DNA from: Candidatus Pacearchaeota archaeon
Lineage (GTDB): Archaea > Nanobdellota > Nanobdellia > UBA10117 > JABICX01
Length of the DNA stretch: 64,000 nt
Direction of reading: 5' to 3'
Assembly: GCA_017608025.1 (NCBI GenBank)
Contig: JAFCGM010000002.1
Location: forward strand, 6,250-70,249
In this document: piece by piece, positions 54,413 to 64,000 of the stretch
How positions within the stretch are numbered: the stretch's first letter is position 1
Layout: each line of letters begins with the position of its first letter
The notes under the pieces: generated by a model
Told to the model about the DNA's origin: nothing
Databases searched by the model: none
What the model saw: the letters and a program-made list of their open reading frames with translations, nothing else
Translations under genes and position numbers: made by a program

Positions 54413-56119
54413 TTATTTCTTTTTTTCTACTTCAGTTTGGACTTGCTTAATAAAGTCTTTTGGACTTACTCCGAACTTTGGCTTTGTGCCATGCTTTCGA
54501 ACTGCAAGAGTTTTTGCTTTGAGCTCTTTTTCTCCAACTACAATTATGTAAGGAATTTTCTCAATTTCAGCATCTCTTATTCTTGACTGAACAGTTTCAT
54601 CTCTGAAATCTTCTTTAATTCTGATATTATATTTACGTAGCTCTTTTGCGATTTTTTGTGCATAAGGTATAAGCTTTTCATTCATGTTGATGATTACTGC
54701 CTGAGTTGGAGCAAGCCAAAGCGGAAATGCACCTTCTGTCTGCTCAATCAAAATTCCGAGGAATCTTTCCATGGAACCGAAAACAGTTCTATGTAGCATA
54801 ACAATTCTGTGCTTTTTGTTATCTTTTCCAATATAATTCATGTCAAATCTTTCTGGAAAATTGAAGTCGAGCTGAATTGTTCCAAGCTGCCAATATCTTC
54901 CTAATTTGTCTTTTGCATGGAAGTCGAGTTTTGGGCCATAGAAAGCACCATCTCCTTTATTGACTTTATACTTCATTTTTGTTTTCTTTAGAACTTTTTC
55001 AAGAGTGTATTCTGCTTTTTTCCAAATTGCATCTGAGCCAATGTATTTTTTGGGTTTTGTTGAAAATTCTATTTTCACATTTGTCAATCCAAAGATTTTG
55101 TAGATTTCTTTAATTAGATTAACTAATTTAATTATTTCATCCACTACTTGGTCTTCTCTGCAAAAAATATGCGCGTCGTCTTGAGTTGCAGCGCGAACTC
55201 TGAACAGACCTGAGAGATTTCCTGAGAGCTCGTTTCTGTATATTGTTCCAAATTCTGCAAATCTCAATGGCAAATCGCGATAGCTTCGTGGTTGAGAATT
55301 GTAAATATAAACATGGCCTGGGCAGTTCATTGGCTTTATTCCGTAAACCTGGTCGTCAACTTCAGAAAAGAACATTTCTTCGCGGTATTTCTCATAGTGG
55401 CCTGATTTTTTCCACAATTCGATTTTGTAAATATGGGGAGTGTAAACTAAATCATATCCTTTTTCCAGTAACTTGTTTTTCATGAATTCCTCTATTTTGT
55501 AGCGGACAAATCCTAGTTTTGGGTGAAACAAAGGAAGTCCTGGACCAAGGTCTTCATGGAAACTGAACAAATCAAGCTTTGAATTTATTTTACGATGATC
55601 GTTTTTTGGAAGCTTTTTTTCCACATACGCTTTTACTTGTTTTTTCTGCTTTTTTGCTGACTCATCTGTTTTAAGCAAAGGAAGAGATTCTGCATTTCCA
55701 AACCGAATTTCGCGGCTGAGCTCTGCGAGAGGGTGGCCTTTTACATGAATGTCAAACTCCTTATACCAGCCAAATGGTGCTTTTTTAACTTGCTTGAAGG
55801 ATTTTTTCAGATTTTTTTCAATTGAATTTATTAAATTATCTGCAGTTGTTGGAGAACTGGGAATTGTGGTTAAATGAACATATGGGTATAGCATTATGTT
55901 TTCAGCTTTTACTTGTTTTGACATTTTCTTTATTTCATCTACTGCTTGCTTAGTGATTTTTTCCATATAATCTTCATCGCCTTTTTCAGCAGATGCAAAA
56001 ACAGTTATACATTCCTTCATTTCCTGCTTAGAATTTTTCTTTACGTTTTCAGCGTCTTTAATTGCCTTTCTTCTTGCAATAACTTCTATGCTTTTTGAAT
56101 GTAGCATTAATAATTTCAT
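54413..56119 (-). CDS. thrS: Threonyl-tRNA synthetase
   Basis: Class-II motifs and ThrRS catalytic core with a C-terminal anticodon-binding domain. Start taken at MKLLML. The upstream 14 codons are repeat element A8. Confidence 0.9.
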   Translation of the reverse strand: MKLLMLHSKSIEVIARRKAIKDAENVKKNSKQEMKECITVFASAEKGDEDYMEKITKQAVDEIKKMSKQVKAENIMLYPYVHLTTIPSSPTTADNLINSIEKNLKKSFKQVKKAPFGWYKEFDIHVKGHPLAELSREIRFGNAESLPLLKTDESAKKQKKQVKAYVEKKLPKNDHRKINSKLDLFSFHEDLGPGLPLFHPKLGFVRYKIEEFMKNKLLEKGYDLVYTPHIYKIELWKKSGHYEKYREEMFFSEVDDQVYGIKPMNCPGHVYIYNSQPRSYRDLPLRFAEFGTIYRNELSGNLSGLFRVRAATQDDAHIFCREDQVVDEIIKLVNLIKEIYKIFGLTNVKIEFSTKPKKYIGSDAIWKKAEYTLEKVLKKTKMKYKVNKGDGAFYGPKLDFHAKDKLGRYWQLGTIQLDFNFPERFDMNYIGKDNKKHRIVMLHRTVFGSMERFLGILIEQTEGAFPLWLAPTQAVIINMNEKLIPYAQKIAKELRKYNIRIKEDFRDETVQSRIRDAEIEKIPYIIVVGEKELKAKTLAVRKHGTKPKFGVSPKDFIKQVQTEVEKKK

Positions 56120-56193
56120 TGTCCTTCTAGTGACGGGACCCACGCTGGCTTTACTGAACAAGCTTGATAGCGCGAAAGTTCCTTATGTCCTCC
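56120..56193 (-). repeat. Family-A element (copy A8), forming the thrS 5' leader
   Basis: Minus-sense: GGAGGacataaggaacTTTCGCGCTATCaagcttgttcagtaaagccagcGTGGGTCCCgtcactaGAAGGACA then ATG. A TTTATA box abuts its 5' end at 56194-56200. Confidence 0.75.
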
Positions 56194-56364
56194 TATAAAT
56201 TGTTTAGAAATACGGCTATTTAAATTATTCTCCGTTGCCCTCAATAAAATTAATGGGCGACAAAAGCGCCAGCTGATTTCGCGGCTGTGTGGGGCACTCA
56301 CCGTTAATAGCCATAAAATTCTTTATTGAAGAAGATTTAAAAGGTTTGTTGTAAAAAGCAGATT

Positions 56365-57648
56365 ATGGCTAAGATTAAAATCATAACTTATGGGTGTTCT
56401 GCAAATCAGGCAGATTCTGAAGCAATGGCTTTTTTTCTGGAAAAAAAAGGTCATGAACTTGTTGATGAGAATCAAGATTTAACCATACTAAATACTTGCA
56501 CTGTAAAAAGCCCTACTGAAAACAAAATTTTAAAGAAAATCAAAGAGCTGGATGAAAAAGGAGAAAAAATAATTGTTTCTGGTTGCATTCCGCAAGCTGA
56601 AAAGGATTATGCAGAAACAAAGCTTAAAAAATTTTCAATTGTAGGTGTTTTTGACATAGACAGAATTGCTGAGGCAGTTGAAAAAACCCTTGGTAATAAA
56701 AGAGTAGTGTTTTTATCAGGAACTGCTGAGAATAAGCGAAACTTAGAGAGAAAAAGAAGATGCTCTTTAATTGAAATTCTTCCAATTTCAGAGGGGTGTT
56801 TGGGAAATTGCGCATACTGCAAAACAAAGCAAGCTAGAGGAAATCTAGTTTCATTTAATTTAACTTATCTAGTTAAGCAAGCAAGGAAAGCAATTAAATC
56901 TGGGGCAAAAGAAATTTGGATTACTTCGCAAGATACTGGTTGCTATGGGTATGATATTGGAGAAACTTTGCCGAAGTTGATTGAAAAGATAACTAAAATT
57001 AAAGGAGATTTTAGAATTCGAATTGGAATGATGAATCCAAATTTTGCAAAAAAAATTTTACCTGAATTGATTAAAGTTTTGAAAAACAAAAAAGTTTTCA
57101 AGTTTATTCATATTCCAGTTCAGTCTGGTAACAACAGAATTTTGAAAAAAATGAATAGAAATTATTTTGTTGAAAATTTTAAAGAGATTATAACTCAGCT
57201 TCGAAAGAAAATTCCTGAAATAAGCATCGCTACCGATGTAATTTTGGGATTTCCAGGAGAAACTAAAGAAAGTTTTATGGAAACAGTTGAATTAATAAAC
57301 TGGCTTAAGCCAGATGTTTTGAATATCAGCAGATATTGGGAACGGCCTGGAACAGAATCTGCAAAAATGAGTAAGAAACTTCATACTAGAGAAACAAAAG
57401 AGTTGTCTCGGCAAATGTCTAGTCTTTTCAAGAAAATTGCTTTTGAAAAAAACAAAAAGCAAATTGGAAAAGAGTATTTTGTTTTTGTCGATGAAATTGG
57501 CAAGAAGGGGAGCTTTATTTCCAGAAATGATTTTTACAAACCTATTGTAATAAAATCAAATAAAGATTTGCTTGGAAACAGAATCAAAGTCAAAATAACA
57601 AAAGCTAAGTCAGAGTATCTTATATCTGAGAAGGTTTTGGGAAAATAA
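56365..57648 (+). CDS. MiaB-like tRNA methylthiotransferase (e-MtaB/CDKAL1-type)
   Basis: UPF0004 domain Cys triad, radical-SAM CLGNCAYC, TRAM domain. Confidence 0.85.
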   Translation: MAKIKIITYGCSANQADSEAMAFFLEKKGHELVDENQDLTILNTCTVKSPTENKILKKIKELDEKGEKIIVSGCIPQAEKDYAETKLKKFSIVGVFDIDRIAEAVEKTLGNKRVVFLSGTAENKRNLERKRRCSLIEILPISEGCLGNCAYCKTKQARGNLVSFNLTYLVKQARKAIKSGAKEIWITSQDTGCYGYDIGETLPKLIEKITKIKGDFRIRIGMMNPNFAKKILPELIKVLKNKKVFKFIHIPVQSGNNRILKKMNRNYFVENFKEIITQLRKKIPEISIATDVILGFPGETKESFMETVELINWLKPDVLNISRYWERPGTESAKMSKKLHTRETKELSRQMSSLFKKIAFEKNKKQIGKEYFVFVDEIGKKGSFISRNDFYKPIVIKSNKDLLGNRIKVKITKAKSEYLISEKVLGK

Positions 57649-57708
57649 CAAAAGCTAAGTCTAAATGTTTGATTTCATAATAAAAAAGAAAAAAATAAAA
57701 GAGAGATT

Positions 57709-58017
57709 TTACCTCCGTCTTCGTCTTTTTAGGTGTTCGATACCTCTTTTCTTTACAACAGCTTTGTTTATTTTGTTTGGCATCCAGTCTGGTGCATTTG
57801 ATGGTGCACTAACTTGCTTTCTTGAGCCAACAAAAATGTGAACTCTGTCTCTTCCTCTCTCTCTAAGTCTAATGTCCTTGAATCCACGAGTTGCTGCTTT
57901 CAAAGCTGCTTGTCTTGGTTGTCTTCCTGTAAAGACGTGGTTTGTGTCTTTTCCTCTTTTATCTTGTAAAACAAAATATCTTACGTTTCCGCTACTTCTT
58001 CGTCTCATGAAGTTCAC
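57709..58017 (-). CDS. Chromosomal protein MC1
   Basis: ...RYFVLQDKRGKDTNHVFTGRQPRQAALKAATRG...IRLRERGRDRVHIFVG...APSNAPDWMPNKINKAVVKK matches MC1 along its length. Confidence 0.8.
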   Translation of the reverse strand: MNFMRRRSSGNVRYFVLQDKRGKDTNHVFTGRQPRQAALKAATRGFKDIRLRERGRDRVHIFVGSRKQVSAPSNAPDWMPNKINKAVVKKRGIEHLKRRRRR

Positions 58018-58168
58018 CTATTAAATAAGAAGACAGACTAGTATATAAAGTGTTCGATTGCGGAGCACGATTTTTGGCAAAAACGACAAACTTCTTAGTA
58101 GTAAAAATTAGCTAAAAAACAGACTGCGGAGCTAGAATAAGTTATCACTGTTGAAAAAAATAAAAAAA

Positions 58169-58597
58169 TTATTTGAGACTGAAGATTTTCACGTCGCCAA
58201 ATAATGGAATTTTCCATAGTTTTCCCTTGAGTGCCTGTATTAGTGCTATTATTGAAATAATTCCGAGCACTAGAAGCAGAATCCATGCAACAAACAAAGT
58301 AATAGCTCCTATGAAAAAAGCAGGTGCTAAAAGTATGTTCAGAATCCAGGTTGCTAGAATAATTATTACTTCCAGAAGGAAAATGTTAATTCCCTGTTCT
58401 AAATGAAATTTAACAAACCGGTTTCTCTTTCTAACACCAACAAAAGGTATTAAAACAAGAACGCTTAAGTAGGAGAAAACAGCTGTTAGTAATTCTTCTC
58501 CATCCAATCTTTTGGAAGCAACTTTCTTTCTTGAAGAAGCTCTTTTTGTTGCTCTTATTTTTCTAGTTGTTCTTTTTGCTACTTTTCTTTTAGCCAT
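58169..58597 (-). CDS. DUF4870-like membrane protein with Arg/Lys-rich N-terminus
   Basis: Three TM helices and ...FVKFHLEQGINIF... motif. Confidence 0.45.
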   Translation of the reverse strand: MAKRKVAKRTTRKIRATKRASSRKKVASKRLDGEELLTAVFSYLSVLVLIPFVGVRKRNRFVKFHLEQGINIFLLEVIIILATWILNILLAPAFFIGAITLFVAWILLLVLGIISIIALIQALKGKLWKIPLFGDVKIFSLK

Positions 58598-58663
58598 TAT
58601 TAATGCCTCTACATAAATATAAGATGTTAAAAAATATAAAAGTAACGGAAATTAAAAAGCCTG

Positions 58664-59413
58664 CTACTGGTTTTCAATTCGCGGAGCCAGAATAAAGGAC
58701 ATGCTTAGCTTATCAAGAGCTTTGAAGTCAATTCTCAAAGGATAATCTTGGCTGAATTTAATAGTTGCAGTATCAGAAATTGTTGAGGCTTTTGCTATTT
58801 TCTTTAAATATTCTATTGAGTATATTGATTTTGATTCTTCTTTTACATTCAAATTTACAAGAACATCTTTGCTTTCTTTGTTTATATTAATTTCAACTTT
58901 GCTGCTCTTTTCCCCAGCCATTAATTTTATTTCATCTTTTGTTGCATGAAAAGTTAAGGCATCACCAACAACGCTTGCATCTTCAATATAATCCTTAAAC
59001 TCATTTGCATCTATTTCAATTTCTGCATTGAAATTAAGAGATGGTATATTCTTTTCACCGCCTTCTTTTTCAAGAAGAGGGATTTTAAATTTTTTTGAAG
59101 TTTTTCCAGAAAAAGAAATTAGCAATGCGCTTTCATCTGTTGAAAAGGAAATTGAATCTCCTGTTTTTGCTCTTTTCAAAGCCATTTTAAGTGTTTCAAC
59201 ATTCACTGTAATTTCTTCTTCACTTTCAACTTTGTATTCTGTAAATGCTGAAGGCAAGATATTCAGAATTACCATTGAAATATTTGCAGGGTCCATTGCA
59301 ACCAGCTTAAAGCCGTCTTTTGTGATTTTGAAAGTTGCTTCTGCAATAAAATCAGATATTACATTTGTTGCATTTGAGAAAAATTTAGCATCATCTAGTT
59401 TAAGACTAAACAT
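58664..59413 (-). CDS. pcn: DNA polymerase sliding clamp PCNA
   Basis: Two-domain PCNA fold, 249 aa, typical N-terminus MFSLKLDDAKFF. Confidence 0.9.
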   Translation of the reverse strand: MFSLKLDDAKFFSNATNVISDFIAEATFKITKDGFKLVAMDPANISMVILNILPSAFTEYKVESEEEITVNVETLKMALKRAKTGDSISFSTDESALLISFSGKTSKKFKIPLLEKEGGEKNIPSLNFNAEIEIDANEFKDYIEDASVVGDALTFHATKDEIKLMAGEKSSKVEININKESKDVLVNLNVKEESKSIYSIEYLKKIAKASTISDTATIKFSQDYPLRIDFKALDKLSMSFILAPRIENQ

Positions 59414-59720
59414 ATTATCACCTATAAGTTATAGAACTGAAACTTAGTATTTAATAATTTTGTAAGTAAAGAAAATAATGTTTTACTAAACAAAAGCCCT
59501 TTTTAGAAAAAGCTGTTGTGGAAAGATGAAAAATTAAACAAAAGGAATCCAGGAGGGGATATTCGCCTCTGACGCTGCTTTAGCAATCATTGGTGCAACA
59601 ACAACAATTGTTATGATTATTGCTATAATTATTGCAGTTACAAAACCAATTGCAATTCCCTTAAAGAAACTGCCATAGTCAACTATCATATTAAGAATAA
59701 GAAATATATTCTATATAAAA

Positions 59721-60053
59721 CTATTGCTCAAGAAAAACCTTATTGTAAAGCTCAACATCAATGTCTGAAAAGTCCTGAACAATTTCTGCCTGAAGCTCAA
59801 TGTCATCTCCTTCTCCCCAAATTTTTCCAATAACTCTAACAATACTTCCTGTTCCTATCTTCTTATACTGCTCTTCATCTTTCATTAAAGCATTTATTTT
59901 TCCTGTGCCGTCATCAAGAAGAATTGAGAACACTGCGTCTTCTTTTCCAAGGACAGTGCCTAGAACTGCTATTCTGTCCATGTCTTTGTTTATGTCTGAA
60001 ATCTTAACATTTTTTGCTGGTGCTCTTTTCTGGAACTTTTTTTCTTCTGGCAT
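59721..60053 (-). CDS. OB-fold nucleic-acid-binding protein
   Basis: ...RIAVLGTVLGKEDAVFSILLDDGTGKINAL... OB-fold-like pattern. Confidence 0.35.
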   Translation of the reverse strand: MPEEKKFQKRAPAKNVKISDINKDMDRIAVLGTVLGKEDAVFSILLDDGTGKINALMKDEEQYKKIGTGSIVRVIGKIWGEGDDIELQAEIVQDFSDIDVELYNKVFLEQ

Positions 60054-60149
60054 GTACTATCCTAAAACTCTCAGTTAAAAAAACTTTGTTTACTTCAGAA
60101 GAGTGCTTTATTAAGGTACTAGCTAACTTTTCCTTTTGGAAAGAAAAAG

Positions 60150-61604
60150 TTAACCTTTTACAACAACAAAAGGAATTAATCGAGCTACTTTTTTCGCAAT
60201 TCCTGTTTCATGCATAACTTTTATTACTTCCTCAACATCCTTGTACGCTTGCGGTGCTTCCTCAAGCAGTCCTTTTTTGTCGTGGCTGAGTACAATTATG
60301 TTTTTGGATTTCAACTCTGCTGTTAATGACTGGGAGTTTATTTTTCTTTTTGCTGCGTTGCGAGAGAGAATGCGGCCAGCTCCGTGGCATGCTGAGCCAA
60401 ATGTTTCATCCATTGCTTTTTGAGTTCCCTTAAGAATGTAAGAAGCAGTTCCCATTGTTCCTCCAATTAAAACAGGTTGTCCGATTTCTCTGTATTTTTC
60501 TGGAATTTCAGTTCTGCCCGGTCCAAAAGCGCGAGTTGAGCCTTTTCGATGGACAAGAATTTTTTTGGTTTTTCCATTTATAGTGTGCTCTTCAATTTTG
60601 GCAGTGTTGTGCGCAACTTCATAAAGAGTTTTTATTTTTTCAGGCTTTAAATTGAAAGCTTGTGCAAGAGTTTTGCGTGCAAGATGAGCAATAACCTGCC
60701 GGTTTGCAAATGCGCAATTTATTCCGGCCTTAACTGCAGAGAAATACTTTTTCCCTTCTGGAGAATTTATTGGAGCACAAACCAACTCCTTGTCTGGAAT
60801 TTTGATTTTGTATTTTCTAACTGCTTTTGCAAGGTCTTTTGTGTAATCCATTCCAATTTGATGCCCCAGGGCTCGGGAGCCGCAGTGAAAAGAAATTAGC
60901 ACCTGATTTTCCTTAATTCCATAGGCTTGTGCTGCTTTTTTATCAAAAATTTTATCAACCACTTGCAGTTCAATATAGTGATTTCCAGAACCAAGAGTTC
61001 CTGTTTGGGAAAACTGGCGCTGCTTTGCTCGCTGGGAAACTGCTTTTGGGTCTGCTCCTGAGATTTTGCCGTTTTCCTCAATAAATTCAAGGTCTTGTTT
61101 TATTCCATAACCTTTTTTTATTGCAAATTCAGCACCTTCAACAAGAAGATTATCAATTTCATTTAAAGAAAGCTTAATTTTTCCTCCAACACCCAAGCCT
61201 GCAGGAATATTGTCATAAAGCAGTTTGGCAATTTCCTTTTCTCGGCCATTAAAATCAGATTTTTTAAGAGGTGTTGCCATTGTGCGAACGCCGCAATTTA
61301 TGTCAAAACCAATGCCACCCATTACAATTACGCCTTTTTCCAAGTCAAATGCTGCTACTCCGCCAATTGGAAATCCATAACCCACATGAATATCTGGATT
61401 TGCAATTACTGGCTTTTCAACTCCAGGCAGTTTTGCTATGTTCTTTAATTGCTGAAGAGAGTTCCATTCTGAATTTTCACTATTTAGCAAGCTCTTGATT
61501 TTCCTGCTAGCGTAAATCCTAGCTGGAACTGCCATTTTCTCTTCCTGGAACTCCCAGACATGTTTTCTTATTTGTTTCATCTTTCCACATCTTTGGTTTT
61601 TCAT
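60150..61604 (-). CDS. rtcB: RNA-splicing ligase RtcB (tRNA ligase)
   Basis: GYGFPIGGVAAFD, DINCGVR, HCGSRALGH, HNTAK and GTM motifs. Confidence 0.9.
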   Translation of the reverse strand: MKNQRCGKMKQIRKHVWEFQEEKMAVPARIYASRKIKSLLNSENSEWNSLQQLKNIAKLPGVEKPVIANPDIHVGYGFPIGGVAAFDLEKGVIVMGGIGFDINCGVRTMATPLKKSDFNGREKEIAKLLYDNIPAGLGVGGKIKLSLNEIDNLLVEGAEFAIKKGYGIKQDLEFIEENGKISGADPKAVSQRAKQRQFSQTGTLGSGNHYIELQVVDKIFDKKAAQAYGIKENQVLISFHCGSRALGHQIGMDYTKDLAKAVRKYKIKIPDKELVCAPINSPEGKKYFSAVKAGINCAFANRQVIAHLARKTLAQAFNLKPEKIKTLYEVAHNTAKIEEHTINGKTKKILVHRKGSTRAFGPGRTEIPEKYREIGQPVLIGGTMGTASYILKGTQKAMDETFGSACHGAGRILSRNAAKRKINSQSLTAELKSKNIIVLSHDKKGLLEEAPQAYKDVEEVIKVMHETGIAKKVARLIPFVVVKG

Positions 61605-61671
61605 CTCTTCTCACATAATTGTCAAGTGACAGCGAGATGTTTTTTTGCTAGTTTTTTCTGAAAAAAAGCTG

Positions 61672-62079
61672 TTATACATCAACAATTGTTCTTGCAATAA
61701 ATTTGTTTGCTTTTTTAATTACACTAAGCTGCGAATATGTTGCTGCTTTTACTTCGGTTTTTAGTTCTGTTTTTTTTGAGATTTTTTCGCCATATGCAGT
61801 TGCATGCAGTTTGCTTTTTTCTATTCTGACTTTGAATTTTGAAAACATTATTCTTTTCAAAGAAGACAAAGAAAGGAGTTCATTTAAAAATTCAACAAAA
61901 AGCTCTTCAGTGTTTTCTGCTGAAACAGAAAAAGAAACCTGATTTTTTAGTTTTACTTTTGAAATATCTACCATAATTTCAAACATTGCCTTTGCTGCTT
62001 CTTCAAATGCTGTTGAAAGAGTTGAACCTGTTCCTTGTATTCCAATATCTGCCAGATGCTCAAAATGCTTATATGCCAT
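61672..62079 (-). CDS. Archease (RtcB activator)
   Basis: MAYKHFEHLADIGIQG... archease N-terminus. Confidence 0.85.
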   Translation of the reverse strand: MAYKHFEHLADIGIQGTGSTLSTAFEEAAKAMFEIMVDISKVKLKNQVSFSVSAENTEELFVEFLNELLSLSSLKRIMFSKFKVRIEKSKLHATAYGEKISKKTELKTEVKAATYSQLSVIKKANKFIARTIVDV

Positions 62080-63199
62080 TTTTACCTGCCTTTTCCATGT
62101 AGAGAAGAACTCTTTGCTTGAATTTAAGCCAGTCCTGCTTTTTTACTGTTGCTCCTGCTGCTGGAGCATGGCCGCCTGCTGCAGAGCCTTCAAGACCTTT
62201 TGTTGCATATTCTAGTAGCTTGCTGACTTTAACTGCGCGCTTTGATTTTCCTGCTTCCTGATTTCTTGCAGAAATTTTTATGTCTCCATACTGATTTGCT
62301 GGGCTAAAAACAAGAACAACTTTTTTCGGAAATTTCCTTATACTGAGTTTGTTTACAAGAGGGCTTTTTATTCGGAACCTGCTGTTTATTTCAACAAACA
62401 TAATATTCAAATCTGGAAAATCTTCTGTAAATTTTTCATAATTTTTGTAATAAAAATTTATTTCATCTTCAACTTTTTTGGAGAGCTTATTTAATTTAGA
62501 ATTAATGATTTCATCAAGATTTTCTGCAGTGTAAAGTGTTTCAAATGCAAGCTGAAGCTTTGGAGGGTTTGCTGCATCTGCTGCAGACAATATTGAAACT
62601 GCTCTTCCGATTTTTGTTTTGAAAATATCGTTCTGCCATTTTATTCCCTGTTTTTTCATTTCCTGACGAACAAATGATTTGAATGTTTGTAAATTGTTGT
62701 CTGCAATTATTCCCAATGAAGCAATCCACTTGAATTCTGAAATATCTTGAATTTCAGAGAAAAGGTCGTAAATCATTTTTGCTGCACAGTATTGGGAGCC
62801 TTCTTCTTTTGGCTTAAGCATTGGTGCCTTAATTAAGGTTGTTTTTTTAGAATTTACATTATGATAAAATTCATGATGGTCAACAATCAAAATGTCTGCG
62901 AATTTTTCAGCGTCTTTTATTTGCTCTGGAATTTGGTCAAAGGCCTGGTCAGTTACAATTATTTTTGTAACTTTCCGCTCTTTGAAATACTCTAATGTTT
63001 CTTCTGTAAAGCAGGAACGGGTGTGTTGGAACTGAAGGATTTGCGGAGTTATTTTTTTGATTTTTTCTAAGCACTTGTAAACCAAAACTCCTGAAGATAT
63101 TCCATCCACATCAATGTCAGGCATTACTGCAATTACATCTTTTTCTGAAATTAAATTAATGAATTTTTTAAATCGAGAGATAGCTTGCTTTTTTGCCAT
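62069..63199 (-). CDS. DHH-family phosphoesterase (RecJ/Cdc45/GAN-like)
   Basis: DIDVDGISSG, DHH (IVDHH) and a DHHA1-like C-terminus (GGHAPAAG). Confidence 0.7.
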   Translation of the reverse strand: MAKKQAISRFKKFINLISEKDVIAVMPDIDVDGISSGVLVYKCLEKIKKITPQILQFQHTRSCFTEETLEYFKERKVTKIIVTDQAFDQIPEQIKDAEKFADILIVDHHEFYHNVNSKKTTLIKAPMLKPKEEGSQYCAAKMIYDLFSEIQDISEFKWIASLGIIADNNLQTFKSFVRQEMKKQGIKWQNDIFKTKIGRAVSILSAADAANPPKLQLAFETLYTAENLDEIINSKLNKLSKKVEDEINFYYKNYEKFTEDFPDLNIMFVEINSRFRIKSPLVNKLSIRKFPKKVVLVFSPANQYGDIKISARNQEAGKSKRAVKVSKLLEYATKGLEGSAAGGHAPAAGATVKKQDWLKFKQRVLLYMEKAGKNGI

Positions 63200-63331
63200 A
63201 AAATAATTAAAACAAGAACAAATATAATTCTATTGATTGCTTTTCATTATTATATAGTAAGCTTCATAGCACATATTAAAAAGAGCGTATGCATCCATGA
63301 AATAAAGCAAGAGCTAACAAAATAAAATTGT

Positions 63332-63979
63332 TTAATTCAGAGAGTTTCGCGCTTTCTTAAGTCCTTTTTCATCATTTACCGGTATCCAGTTTTCAGCAGG
63401 AATTTCAATTGAATACAAAAGGTTTTTTTCAGCTAAAACTGGAGCAACAACTTCTTCATATTCAACAGGTATTTTTTCCATGTCAATTAAGTTTTCAAAA
63501 TAAGAATATGCTTCTGGTTCAAAAATAAACATTCCAGTGTTGAGTGAAACATTTAAGTAAGGTTTTTCTTCAAAATAAAAAACAAAATTGCTCTCTGACT
63601 TTTTAACAACTCCGTAATCGCATTTCATCTTGTCTGTTACAATTACTGAAGAAATGCATCCTTTTTCCTTTCCAGCAAGATGCTCAGCTACAAACTGGTG
63701 AGGATTTCTTTTAAGGAACAAGTCATCTGGAAAAACAATTAAGCAAGGTCTTTCCTTGTCAATCAAACCCATTTTCAGCGCATTTTTCATTGCTCCACCC
63801 TTTCCAAGTCTTTGAGATTCTATGAAAAATTTTGCATTTGGAGCAAGAGATTTTTGATTTACAAAATTTTGGATTTTTTCTCCGCCCTTTCCAAGAAGAA
63901 ATACAAAGTCTTGAAAACCTTCTTCTTTGAATGGCTCTAAACAATATTCAAGAAGAGTTTTGTTATTTATGTTAATCAA
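63332..63979 (-). CDS. Sugar-phosphate nucleotidyltransferase (N-terminus beyond window end)
   Basis: NTP_transferase fold fragments (...LLGKGGE..., ...VFPDDLF...). Confidence 0.5.
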   Translation of the reverse strand: MININNKTLLEYCLEPFKEEGFQDFVFLLGKGGEKIQNFVNQKSLAPNAKFFIESQRLGKGGAMKNALKMGLIDKERPCLIVFPDDLFLKRNPHQFVAEHLAGKEKGCISSVIVTDKMKCDYGVVKKSESNFVFYFEEKPYLNVSLNTGMFIFEPEAYSYFENLIDMEKIPVEYEEVVAPVLAEKNLLYSIEIPAENWIPVNDEKGLKKARNSLN

Positions 63980-64000
63980 AGCTTTTGGAAGTTCTCCTGT

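Overview
AT-rich archaeal chromosome segment. It carries e-type ribosomal proteins, RpoN/D/L/P, TFE, TFS, SUI1, Cbf5, MC1 and intron-containing tRNAs. Lysine-rich low-complexity tails on many proteins and generally reduced proteins suggest a DPANN-like archaeon. Main features: a minus-strand ribosomal-protein super-operon (L3-L4-L23-L2-S19-L22-S3-L29-SUI1-Rpp29-S17-L14-L24-S4e-L5-S14-S8-L6-L32e-L19e-L18-S5-L30-L15-SecY-DUF106) from about 12.0 to 27.2 kb, and a second r-protein/RNAP block (S13-S4-S11-RpoD, L18e-L13-S9-RpoN) from about 3.4 to 7.3 kb. Six tRNAs are present, three with introns, plus a stand-alone 5S rRNA. Other genes include an ABC transporter whose ATPase carries a 507-aa LAGLIDADG intein in the P-loop, an RtcB-archease-DHH-PCNA block, ThrRS, Taw1, a MiaB-like enzyme, Dph2, SepF and prefoldin. 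An accessory island at 41.9-46.1 kb carries an IS5-family transposase. The most unusual content is several families of short, structured repeat elements. Family A has at least 12 copies; families C, E, B and D are smaller. They sit exactly at gene boundaries, directly against start codons, inside a tRNA intron, and in frame inside r-protein tails, and insertions are flanked by long 20-53 bp direct duplications of the target. Compensatory base changes in their hairpins argue for a selected RNA or DNA structure. No CRISPR array was found.
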